This document shows positions 20,044 through 29,391 of a stretch of DNA of 64,000 nucleotides, in pieces. The stretch is from assembly GCA_963666975.2 (NCBI GenBank), contig CAXVYR010000004.1, forward strand, positions 736,001 through 800,000, read 5' to 3'. Within the stretch, counting starts at the first letter, position 1; the number at the start of each line of letters is the position of its first letter. Below the pieces are notes generated by a model. That model ran no database searches and was not told the DNA's origin. It saw only the letters and a program-made list of their open reading frames with translations. A program made the position numbers and the translations under genes. The DNA comes from Terriglobia bacterium (GTDB taxonomy: Bacteria; Acidobacteriota; Terriglobia; 2-12-FULL-54-10).

Positions 20044-20567
20044 CTTTTGATATGAAAGGTCTGCTCAAGCAAGCCATCCGAGACAATGACCCCGTGTTAG
20101 TTTTGGAAAGTATCAACCTGCTGGGGAAACAGGGTTCAGTGCCGGAAGGTGACTACACAGTCCCTTTCGGCCAAGCTACGTTGCGGAAAGAAGGCACGGA
20201 CGTCACGGTCGTAGCGCTGCTTCACTTAGTCGACGCGGCCTTGGAGGCGGCGCAGATACTGGAACAGGAGGGGGTTTCTGTTGAGGTCATTGACCCGCGT
20301 ACACTGGTTCCCTTAGATCGCAGGACCATCTTGGACTCCGTAGCCAAGACCGGACGGTTGGTGATTGCAGACGACTCGCACCGCACCTGCGGTGCCGCCG
20401 CCGAAATAGCCGCCGGGGTGGCCGACGAGGGCTTCGGTTTCCTGAAGGCTCCTATCAAGCGGGTTACCCGACTGGATGTTCCCATTCCCTACAGTGAGCC
20501 TCTGGAAAAGTATGTCCTGCCCAATAAGGACCGAATTTGCCAAGCCGTACGGGATACTCTCCGCTAA
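20044..20567 (+). pseudogene. 2-oxoacid/acetoin dehydrogenase E1 beta subunit, C-terminal part truncated by IS
   Basis: DMKGLLKQAIRDNDPV...EGTDVTVVA...EVIDPRTLVPLD...SVAKTGRLVI; the N-terminus of the track ORF is IS-derived. Confidence 0.88.
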
Positions 20568-20891
20568 CACCTAAACTGACCGCAGCCCTGGGACGCTTCA
20601 AAACGAAGGCATGTAGTTTGAACGCCGGTGGAAGTCCACGCGGCAAGCGTTCGGTAGAAACGCGGCTCGGGTCGTTGAACCCAGGGGAGAGTTCCTCCAG
20701 TTCTCAAGTTGGGACTTTTAGGGGGATGAGGTGGGAAGAGGCGGGGAGGCTGAAGAGGCGGGGAGGCCCCCCCCTCTACGCCCACGCACCCTCTCCACGA
20801 ACAGCGCAAACCGTTTGTCTGGACAGCTAGTTTGGAAGAGATCTTAACCAAGGTGAATCGTTGAAAAGCTATTTTCAATTCGCAACACTAG

Positions 20892-23800
20892 CTAGAACGA
20901 AAATCGCAAAGCAAACTGAACCTGCCGGGCAGTGGTGGCGGTGTTATGAAGTCTTGCCGCAATGGGATTGGGGCGGCCGGTTGCACCCACGAAGACCGTG
21001 TTGGATGCTCCGAAACTACGATCGAAGTTGGTGTGGTTTAACAAGTTGAAAAATTCCGCTCGAAACTGAAGCCGCCGGTTCACATCCAGAGAAAATTCCT
21101 TCTGGAGGGAGACATCCATATTGAACACACTCGGCGCAATGATGGTGTTACGCCCGACATTCCCGAGGGTGCCTGGGGTAGGCAAGCTGAACGCGGAGGG
21201 ATCGAAATATCGTTCTGGGTCACCCAGAATTGGGTTATTGCTCCGGCCAGGGATCAAGTTAGGCCGATTGGCGGCAAACAGGAAGCCCGGCTTGCGAACA
21301 CTGACCACTGGTGTGTAAGGAACCCCGGTGCGAAACGACAGAATGCCTCCCAGCCGCCAGTCTCCGAAAACGTGCGCAAGCAGACCGGAATTCCACCAGC
21401 GCTGTCCGCTACCTAAAGAGGGAGCGTAAAAGTAGTTAACAACCAGGCGATGGCGGACATTGAAATCCGAAAGGCCCCGATCTAGAGTGCGTATCAATCC
21501 AAATTGCGAGGAGCCAGGCACGTCGAAAAATTGTGAGGAGGCATCATCAATAGATTTGCTGAGGGTATAGCTCGCTTGCATAGAGATACCATCGCTGAGT
21601 CTCCTGTTAGCGGAAAGCCGAAGAGAGTTATAGAAGGATTGTGCATCGCTACTGACAAGGTTTATTGCACCGAAAGCAGGGTTGACCGGGCCCGCATCGC
21701 GGGGGAAGAGGAGCGACCCGTCGGCACGGGTAATGGGAACAGGGAACAGATTGGCTTCGTACATCCGCGATAAATGGTTGCCTCTGGCCCCGACATAGGA
21801 CGCCTGGGCATGCCAGCCACCAGGGAGTTGGTGTTGGAGTGCAAAATTGTAGCGCAGTACCATCGGGGTCGTCGTGTGCCGGTAATCCAGGCCTTGAAAT
21901 TGTAGGGGTATGCCGGCGGCGGTGGCCACTGCGTCGGGGAATCCCGCTCTCGCACCCAGACGATTTCGCCCCGTGGCTGGGGATGAATCAAAATTAGTTC
22001 TCACCGCAGTGTTGAAAAAAGGAACCGTGCTTTTTCGCAAGCCCATCACATAATGCAACAATTGATCGTAATATATGCCAAAGCCACCTCTCAGCACTGT
22101 ATTTCCACTACTTCCGGGAGACCAGCTCATGCCCAGGCGTGGAGAGAGGTTGCGCAACGAAGGGTTGTTCCCCAGAAGCGGCCCAATCTGGACCTCGGAG
22201 TCCTGTGCCGGGTCCGGGAGGAAAACGCTTTTAGCAAACTTGTCATGGATGAGCGTGGCAAATTCATAGCGGAGGCCGAGGTTGAGCTGGAGACGGGAAC
22301 TCAACGCATAAGCATCCTGAACATAGAAGCCCACCAGAGTCTGGCGGTAATTCTGCCTGCTATCCGATCCCGGTAAAGTAACCTCCATATTGGTTCCCGC
22401 CGGCCCTCCCTGCAGAAAGCTCTGCAGGCTGTTGAAAGACCACTGAGCGCCCTTATCCCAACTGGAGAACACATCCCAGCGATAGCGATGAACTTCGGCT
22501 CCCCACTTGAGTGCGTGGGCTCCCATCTGAACCGATACGTCGCCCGCAAATTGAAAAGTATTCATGAGATTGGCGCTCGGTGGGATGGGGAAAGGGCCAA
22601 AAGGACTTAAACCTGGAACATTGATCTTCCCAAACTGCGGTGCATCAGGAACAAAGAACAATGAACGGGGTATCTCAACAGCCGATAGACTCTCTGCGGC
22701 TTCCACCGATCGGGTGTAACCAAAACGGAATGAGCCCAGAACGCGGGGACTAAAAATATGGCTTTCCATCAGAGTAAGATACTGTTGGCGGCTATTGTTC
22801 AGCGTCGTGAACAGAAAGGTGATGTCCGAGTTTTGGCTAGTGGCGTCGTCAAAGGTATAGCGAGCGAAGAGGCTGTCCTGCTCGGAAACCTGATGATCCA
22901 AACGAATGGTGAAGAAATTTTCGTCGGTTGGCAAAAACTGGGGCGAAGCGTTGACGCCTATTCCTCCGCCTACCCGGACTGAGTTGGGTAATGGATAAAG
23001 TGCTAGATAGGGCGACACACTTGGGTCCACTGGAACAATCTGAACAACTTCTCCAGTAGTGTTTGTAATCATACCCTGCCGTGCCAACTCGTCTGGAAAG
23101 AAGTCGATATTCGTCTCGGTCAGCCGGTCGCGCAGCCCCTCAAAGCTGCCCAAAAAAAAGGTTCTATCCTTCACCACCGGACCAGTAAGGGTGAATCCAA
23201 ATTGGTTGCGTTTGAAGGGGGTGGGCTCCGGGCCGGGGTCATAGAAATTCCGGGCATCGAGCTTGCTGTTGCGAAAGAACTCGAAAAAGGTGCCGTGGAA
23301 CTCGGGCGTCCCGGAGCGACTGATGGAGTTCAGAATACCACCGCTGCCACGGCCATACTCGGCCCCGTAGTTTGTGCTGAATACCTGAACCTGGAATACC
23401 GCATCTGAACCCAGTTGCACGCCCGCCGCACTTCGCGGCACCCGGTTCTCTGTATTCATGATGTTTGTTCCGTCCAACAAAAAAACATTTGAGGTGGACC
23501 GCCCTCCCGCGACCGTCATGCCCCCGCTGCCGCCTCCCCGCGAGGCAGAACCGGCAAAAGGATCGCTCACGCCTGCCTGGAGAGTCGCTAGTTGGCTGTA
23601 ACTCCGACCGTTGAGAGGCAGTCCGACTAGCTGGCTTTCACTGATCTGGCCTGCATTGATGGCTGAGGACTCCCTGTCTGTACCCGCGCCCTGGGCCGTT
23701 CGTTCCTGATCTCCCGAACCTCGTTCCAACACCAAATCCAAAGTCACCAACTGCTCTGCACCTAGCTCCAACCCTTCCTGCAACTGGCTTACAAAGCCAG

Positions 23801-24086
23801 CCTGGGAAGTCTGGACTTCGTAAGTACCAGGAACCAATTGTTGGATTTCAAACTGTCCCTCTGCGTCGCTGCTGACGGTACGGCTCAATCCCGTCTCCAG
23901 ATTCTTCACCCTCACCGCCGTCCCCGCGAGGGGCGCTCCTGACTGATCCTGCACCGTACCCCGCAGCGTCACCATGCTCCCCTGTGCCAACGCCCCCACA
24001 CTTACCCAGAAAAGCAGCGTGATCAGAAGCACTGCCGAAAGAGCCAAACCTTGCATTACTGATTTGGATGCTTGCATGCTCCGCAT
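20892..24086 (-). CDS. TonB-dependent receptor, Oar-like, with carboxypeptidase-regulatory-like N-domain
   Basis: LPLNGRSYSQLATL, FFRNSKLDARNF, KRNQFG, C-terminal RQVQFALRFSF. Confidence 0.93.
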   Translation of the reverse strand: MRSMQASKSVMQGLALSAVLLITLLFWVSVGALAQGSMVTLRGTVQDQSGAPLAGTAVRVKNLETGLSRTVSSDAEGQFEIQQLVPGTYEVQTSQAGFVSQLQEGLELGAEQLVTLDLVLERGSGDQERTAQGAGTDRESSAINAGQISESQLVGLPLNGRSYSQLATLQAGVSDPFAGSASRGGGSGGMTVAGGRSTSNVFLLDGTNIMNTENRVPRSAAGVQLGSDAVFQVQVFSTNYGAEYGRGSGGILNSISRSGTPEFHGTFFEFFRNSKLDARNFYDPGPEPTPFKRNQFGFTLTGPVVKDRTFFLGSFEGLRDRLTETNIDFFPDELARQGMITNTTGEVVQIVPVDPSVSPYLALYPLPNSVRVGGGIGVNASPQFLPTDENFFTIRLDHQVSEQDSLFARYTFDDATSQNSDITFLFTTLNNSRQQYLTLMESHIFSPRVLGSFRFGYTRSVEAAESLSAVEIPRSLFFVPDAPQFGKINVPGLSPFGPFPIPPSANLMNTFQFAGDVSVQMGAHALKWGAEVHRYRWDVFSSWDKGAQWSFNSLQSFLQGGPAGTNMEVTLPGSDSRQNYRQTLVGFYVQDAYALSSRLQLNLGLRYEFATLIHDKFAKSVFLPDPAQDSEVQIGPLLGNNPSLRNLSPRLGMSWSPGSSGNTVLRGGFGIYYDQLLHYVMGLRKSTVPFFNTAVRTNFDSSPATGRNRLGARAGFPDAVATAAGIPLQFQGLDYRHTTTPMVLRYNFALQHQLPGGWHAQASYVGARGNHLSRMYEANLFPVPITRADGSLLFPRDAGPVNPAFGAINLVSSDAQSFYNSLRLSANRRLSDGISMQASYTLSKSIDDASSQFFDVPGSSQFGLIRTLDRGLSDFNVRHRLVVNYFYAPSLGSGQRWWNSGLLAHVFGDWRLGGILSFRTGVPYTPVVSVRKPGFLFAANRPNLIPGRSNNPILGDPERYFDPSAFSLPTPGTLGNVGRNTIIAPSVFNMDVSLQKEFSLDVNRRLQFRAEFFNLLNHTNFDRSFGASNTVFVGATGRPNPIAARLHNTATTARQVQFALRFSF

Positions 24087-24167
24087 TTCCTCGAAAAGGC
24101 TGACTGAAAGGTCACACCGGATGACCTACTGTGAAGTGAACCCGTTAGGAATTATCACAGGGATGAG

Positions 24168-24463
24168 TTAGTCTTGCCCCTCCCGCACGGTTACCTTGAG
24201 CACAAGCGCCCGGAGCAGGGTCTGGTCGATTCCCAAGGCCTTTCCGGTGCGAAGATCTAATCGAAAACCTGCCAGGGACAGGCTACAGTGCCGTCCTGGA
24301 TCTTCTCTAAGGCGAGCGGACCGCCTCTGTGCGACACCAATTTTCAATAGCAACTACGATCGGATCCAGGAGCACCACCACCGCCACCTCCAGACCATTG
24401 TCCAGCTGTTTGCAAACTACCCCCGACCTGCTCCATATCGTCGGTTCGGTACAGAGGCGTCAT
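24168..24463 (-). pseudogene. Degenerate Rieske ferredoxin (paralog of 7022-7330)
   Basis: GFRLDLRTGKALGIDQTLLRALVLKVTVREGQ aligns to the intact copy; Cys/His ligands lost, frameshifts. Confidence 0.8.
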
Positions 24464-24494
24464 GCGTTTTCCATCCTCTTATTCCCGGCATAGC

Positions 24495-25154
24495 TTACCA
24501 TTGCATCCGGGCGTCTCGCTCTTCCGGAGTATCCCAGGTGTGAAATGCGCAAAAGCCGATCGGGTTCACATATCCACATTCCGGACAGGTCCGATACGCT
24601 GGGTCACCGTTGTACTCGCGGACGGTGGCGCGTTCCCAGGGCCAGAATTTCTCGAAGTTGACCTGGCCAGTACGGAGCTCACGCAGGAAAACCAGAGAGG
24701 TGCAACGCTCGCAATACCAGGCGATCCGGTCGGTCTCGTTGCTCTTGGGAACCCCCATGATCACAAACAAGTAACCTGGTTCGTCAGGCGCGGGAGGCGG
24801 CAGTGGGAGGACGATTTCGTCCTTGTCGTTAATGTGCCAGTATCCGAAGAGGTGTTCGACATGATGGGGGGTGCCGCTGACCGTGACTGCGGCTGTGAAA
24901 GGCTCCCGCACGAGTTCGATCTTCCCTTTCGGTCCGATCTCGTAGCTCCTCGCCGTTTTCACTATGTCCAACAGCCCTCGGCTCGCACCCACCGTGTTCG
25001 GAGTCTCATGAGTGATCGGCCGAACTCCGAAGATATTGTCGCCTACCGGGACGAACCCTGCACAAATTTTCCGCATCAGCTTTTCGCCTAAGAGATCCAA
25101 ATCTTCTGCAACCTTTTCGAGGGGTTCCTTCACATAAAGATCGGCAAAATGCAT
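24495..25154 (-). CDS. HAO-like protein type A, paralog of 7967-8626
   Basis: Near-colinear from MHFADLYVKEPLEKVAED to the C-terminal W; both CxxC pairs retained. Confidence 0.8.
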   Translation of the reverse strand: MHFADLYVKEPLEKVAEDLDLLGEKLMRKICAGFVPVGDNIFGVRPITHETPNTVGASRGLLDIVKTARSYEIGPKGKIELVREPFTAAVTVSGTPHHVEHLFGYWHINDKDEIVLPLPPPAPDEPGYLFVIMGVPKSNETDRIAWYCERCTSLVFLRELRTGQVNFEKFWPWERATVREYNGDPAYRTCPECGYVNPIGFCAFHTWDTPEERDARMQW

Positions 25155-25460
25155 CGCCCGCTCTCCTTCCTTGCCCAGCAGCCTAGTCTCATTCATCGTG
25201 AGACATTCATTGCTGGAAACCATCGATATTGTTACGCTCTCAGCAGCAAATTTAACTCTTTAAATCAGGGATTCAACTTTTTTCTAATCATAGGTGTAGC
25301 AGCAAAATGTGGATAGCCTCTTGGAGCAATGTAGAAATGTCCTCTTTCATGGGAGCAAGTAATGAGATATATCTACATTCTCCGCACTATGACAGAATCT
25401 AATGCATAGACAGCTTAGCTCAAAAGTGGGCTTTCCGCAATTCGGGAAAGGCTGTTGCAA

Positions 25461-26906
25461 TTAGTACGGCCAGTTAGCAAGATCCTTACGAGTAAACGCC
25501 GCCGGGTCGTTGGCATAGTCCGCACTGTAATCTCCCGGCACGTTAATCCCGGGAATTGCTGGGATCCAGCTTTCTTGCAGTAATTCATCTGGGTCGCCGT
25601 ACTTTGCTGCTTGCCGGCGGACCCGGGGGTCGTCCAACGTCGTCAAATGGCCCTTGTCCACGAAGGTGGTCCGACTCCCGTCAGCATTGATTAACACCAT
25701 CGTCATAAAGTAATTGTGCACGTGGACATGGCCGGTTGGGGTCTCCGGGTTCTTTTGGAAGAATTCGACAACGGAAGAATCACTCGACTCTGTGGGGAAG
25801 AAGGCCACCATCTTCGCATCACCGCCGATCCCCCAGTGAATGACCCCGGAGCGGGTTCTTTCCCAGATGTTGCCCATGGCGCGGTCCAGGGCTCCCTTCG
25901 GACGTAAGGATTTCGGATTTGTCCCGATCGAAGCTTCAAACAAATAATTAAACAGTCCGGGGCCTTTCTTTCCAGGCCAGTTCACGCTCTTCCATTCCTC
26001 CCGGATGTTGCGCCATCTTTGTCCATAGGCGCCCCCTCCTTCGATACCTTCCAGCCGGTCGTTCTTGAAGGAAAGCCGAATATGGGGATAAGGCCCAGTA
26101 TGGTTCCACGTGCCTGCGACCACGCCGGTCGCGCCAGACACGTCCGGCAGATCGATCAATGGATGAGACATGAAATGTCCCGCCGTATGACGCCCTGGGG
26201 TTTCCCAGTCCTCTTTCCTGGTAGACCAGACTATATCCGTTCCCTCCGGGTCCGTGACGTGGACACTCACCGCCTTGGTCAGCGTCTCCCAGGCCGTATC
26301 GTCGATAAGCTTCAGCAAGTCCGGCGGAATACTCGCGCCGTGCACCAGGAACTGGTCCGCCATGTCCCACGGCATATAGACCCAGCGCATCTTGTCACTA
26401 GGATGGGGTGGGATGCCTCCCCCCATGCCGGAAATGGCAAGGTCGTATTTGCCTGCCACAGTCATCGCCACGATAGTAGCCTGCTCAATGCCACCCGCTT
26501 GCGCCCCCATGATGTCGTTCATGTGGGTGAAGTATTCAAACTCCGTAGCGCCGTCCCCACCGGACAAATATGGATCATTGCCCAGCAGGAGATCTACTTT
26601 GGCCCCGGCCTCCCGGATGGCTCGCTGGAGGGCCTCCAGTACCAGCGGGTCGAAATCCAAAGGCACCACCATCAGAGCCTTTTCGCCTGACGTAATGGCG
26701 TAACCAGGATAGAACATGGCTCCGATATCGCCCCGCTTTACGATGGCCCGGGCTGTCGGCATCAGATCCTCTACGGTTGGATTCTTGGTGATCTTCGGGT
26801 AGCGGGGAGCCGGATATTCCCCTGGCTTGTACTGCTGGGCTTGCGAAACCCCTACAGCAAACACAACCAAAACGAACAAAAAGCTCGGTAGAGTTCTGGC
26901 TGACAT
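25461..26906 (-). CDS. Secreted M29-aminopeptidase/NicX-fold-like metalloprotein
   Basis: Signal peptide; VHVTDPEGTDI, GVVAGT, EASIGTNPK, RSGVIHWGIG, HVHVH motifs resemble the M29 C-terminal domain. Confidence 0.55.
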   Translation of the reverse strand: MSARTLPSFLFVLVVFAVGVSQAQQYKPGEYPAPRYPKITKNPTVEDLMPTARAIVKRGDIGAMFYPGYAITSGEKALMVVPLDFDPLVLEALQRAIREAGAKVDLLLGNDPYLSGGDGATEFEYFTHMNDIMGAQAGGIEQATIVAMTVAGKYDLAISGMGGGIPPHPSDKMRWVYMPWDMADQFLVHGASIPPDLLKLIDDTAWETLTKAVSVHVTDPEGTDIVWSTRKEDWETPGRHTAGHFMSHPLIDLPDVSGATGVVAGTWNHTGPYPHIRLSFKNDRLEGIEGGGAYGQRWRNIREEWKSVNWPGKKGPGLFNYLFEASIGTNPKSLRPKGALDRAMGNIWERTRSGVIHWGIGGDAKMVAFFPTESSDSSVVEFFQKNPETPTGHVHVHNYFMTMVLINADGSRTTFVDKGHLTTLDDPRVRRQAAKYGDPDELLQESWIPAIPGINVPGDYSADYANDPAAFTRKDLANWPY

Positions 26907-27063
26907 ATTCTCTTCCTCCCTTCTCTATTTCCAATCTTCCAAGCGCAGATGTTGAAAGCAGACTTAGCTTCAGTTTGAGTTCTTCTCGATACCATTCCTC
27001 CACAGGTGAAAGCCGGGAGAACTGGTTTCGATTTCTTTATGGTGTGCTTCTCCTCGACTAGTC

Positions 27064-27263
27064 TAGCAGCTTGTTGAAAAAGTGGTCTAAATCCCCTCCA
27101 TTCGGGAACAACGCAATAACGCTCCGATCTGAATCAGAGAGCCCCGGCAAACTCACCGCACGTTCCGGTAGTGAAACGGTTCTCTCCGGTGGGAAGGTCA
27201 CTTCATCAGTTCCTAGCCGCGACCGCCAGGGAGCGGTTTTCTATTGTTTTTCAACAAGCTGTT
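27064..27263. mobile_element. ~200 bp MITE-like element
   Basis: cagcttgttgaaaaa ... tttttcaacaagctg inverted ends; internal gccgcgaccgccagggagcgg REP-like motif. Confidence 0.65.
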
Positions 27264-27776
27264 TGAGTAAATATGCCCCCCTCAACAACCAGGACTGTAG
27301 GCACTCTTCGGGCGGATACAGGCCTTAACGACTGTGGTCAAATGATCAAAAGTTCGGGGCCTGGTAGGCGATCCGGCCTCCTATAGCAGTCATCAGAGTC
27401 TTAATATTCATTATTTCGGCTTCTGGAATCGTGAAGTAATCCTTATCAAGGACCACAAAATCGGCAAGTTTGCCCGGCTCCAATGATCCAAGTCTATCCC
27501 AACGGAGCAGGTACTTTGCGCCTTCGTTGGTCCAGCCTCGCAAGGCTGTAATCCGGTCGATTCGTTCCTCCGGCACCCATACCCTTCCGTTCAGTTCCCG
27601 CGTCACCCACCAGCCCACCCACGGCCAAATGGAATCGCGATAGGGAAATCCCTGCGCTAAGTCGTTCCAAAACCGCTCCCCTTTGCCCGGAAGCGTACCG
27701 ACGTGAGTATCAGTTGAAAAAACTACTCGGGCGCCCGCGTCGATTAGACTTTTAAGTGGTCCCCTCCACTTCAAAT

Positions 27777-29225
27777 GAGGGTGTCCCATACATAGTTGAA
27801 GGTTGAACGGCGGTTCGGCCCGAATCGAATAGAATCGGGCCAAGCCTAAATCCTATAGAAGGAGAACCGCCGAATGAAGGGAAAATATCACGTTTTGGAA
27901 CTGGGTTCCAAGGGAGCCGAAGAAACCATCCAGAAGTTTTGCCAAACCAACGGACAGATGCTGTTGCCGGTGGTGGATCTGATCACGGAGGCGCGTCTGG
28001 CGGTGGATGAGGTGATTGATCGGGCCGGGCGAGGTTTGATTGAAACGATTCTGAGCATGAGCGCAGAGCAAATCGCGGGGCCAAAGAGTCCCGGGAAGGC
28101 GAGCGGAGAGGTGCGCTGGCATGGCCGGCAATTGGGGAGGGTGAAACTGGCCGATCGCCAGCTGCGGGTGGAGCGGCCCCGGCTGCGCCGGAAGGGCGGA
28201 GGGGAAGAAGCGGTGCCGGCCTACGAAGCCCTGCGGAAAAGCGAGAAGACGGGCGAGGAGATGTTCGAGGCACTGTTGAAAGGGGTTTCGACGCGGAACT
28301 ACCGCGAGGTGATCCCGGAGATGGCCAACAGCGCTGGGGTGTCGAAGTCTCAGGTGAGCCGGGAAGCGGCCGAGCAAGGAGCGCGGCGGCTGGAAGAACT
28401 GTTGGCGCGGCGCTGGGAGGAGGTCGAGATTCTGGTGATTTACCTGGACGGAATGCGGTTCGGCTCCCACCACGTCATCAGCGCCGTGGGCGTGGACATC
28501 GAGGGCCGCAAGCATGTGCTGGGGATTCAACTGGGCGCGACCGAAAACGCCGCTGCGGTGAAAGACCTTCTCACCCGCCTGCGCCAGCAAGGTTTGCGCA
28601 CGGATCAGCGCTATCTGTTTGTGATCGACGGCGCCAAAGCGCTCCGCGCGGGGATCGAGGAAGTATTCGGCAGCAATCAGCTGGTGCAGCGTTGCCGTAC
28701 TCATAAGCTGCGCAACGTGGCTGAGCGGTTACCAAAGGGCGACAAAATGCTGGCGAATCAGGTGCGGTCGCTGATGCGCGCCGCCTGGCGATTGCCCCAA
28801 GCCGAGGAAGGCATCGTGCGCATAAAAAAGCTCGCTGGGATGATCGAGTGCGATCATCCGGCAGCAGCCGCCAGCTTGCGCGAAGGGTTGGAGGAGACCT
28901 TTACGATCAATCGAGCCGACGTTCCTCCCAGCCTCCACCGCTGCCTGGCAACCACGAACCTCATCGAGAGCCCGCAGTCGGGCGTGCGGAAAAAGACTGG
29001 CAATGTTTGCCGCTGGCGCGACGGCGAGATGACGTTGCGCTGGGTGGCAGGAGCGTTTCTGCTGACCGAGAAGAATTTCCGGAAGATCATGGGTTATCAC
29101 GATCTCTGGGCTTTGGCATCGATTCTCGGCCGAAGTCCAAACGCTGCTTCCTCTCACAAGGAGAAAGTGGCGTAATATGAACTCAACCCGCCGTCCCAAC
29201 CTGCAACTGAGTTTGGGACACCTTC
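27777..29225 (+). mobile_element. IS256-family copy 1 (transposase 27874-29175)
   Basis: Mutator-type motifs (GVSTR, IYLDG, FVIDGAKAL, QRCRTHK, TTNLIES); IRs gagggtgtcccatac/gtttgggacaccttc; 8-bp TSD cttcaaat. Confidence 0.96.
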
Positions 29226-29391
29226 CTTCAAATAGTCTGGGCCCCACAGATTCTCAACGTCCTCCCATCCCGCAAGCCCCGCTGATCGTGAGTAATGGCA
29301 CGGTTGAAAATTCAACCAAAATCCGTATTTCACTAAGTTGGGAATTTGATCTGGCCGAATCCACATATTGTGAGCAAAGCTCCATCCGGGA

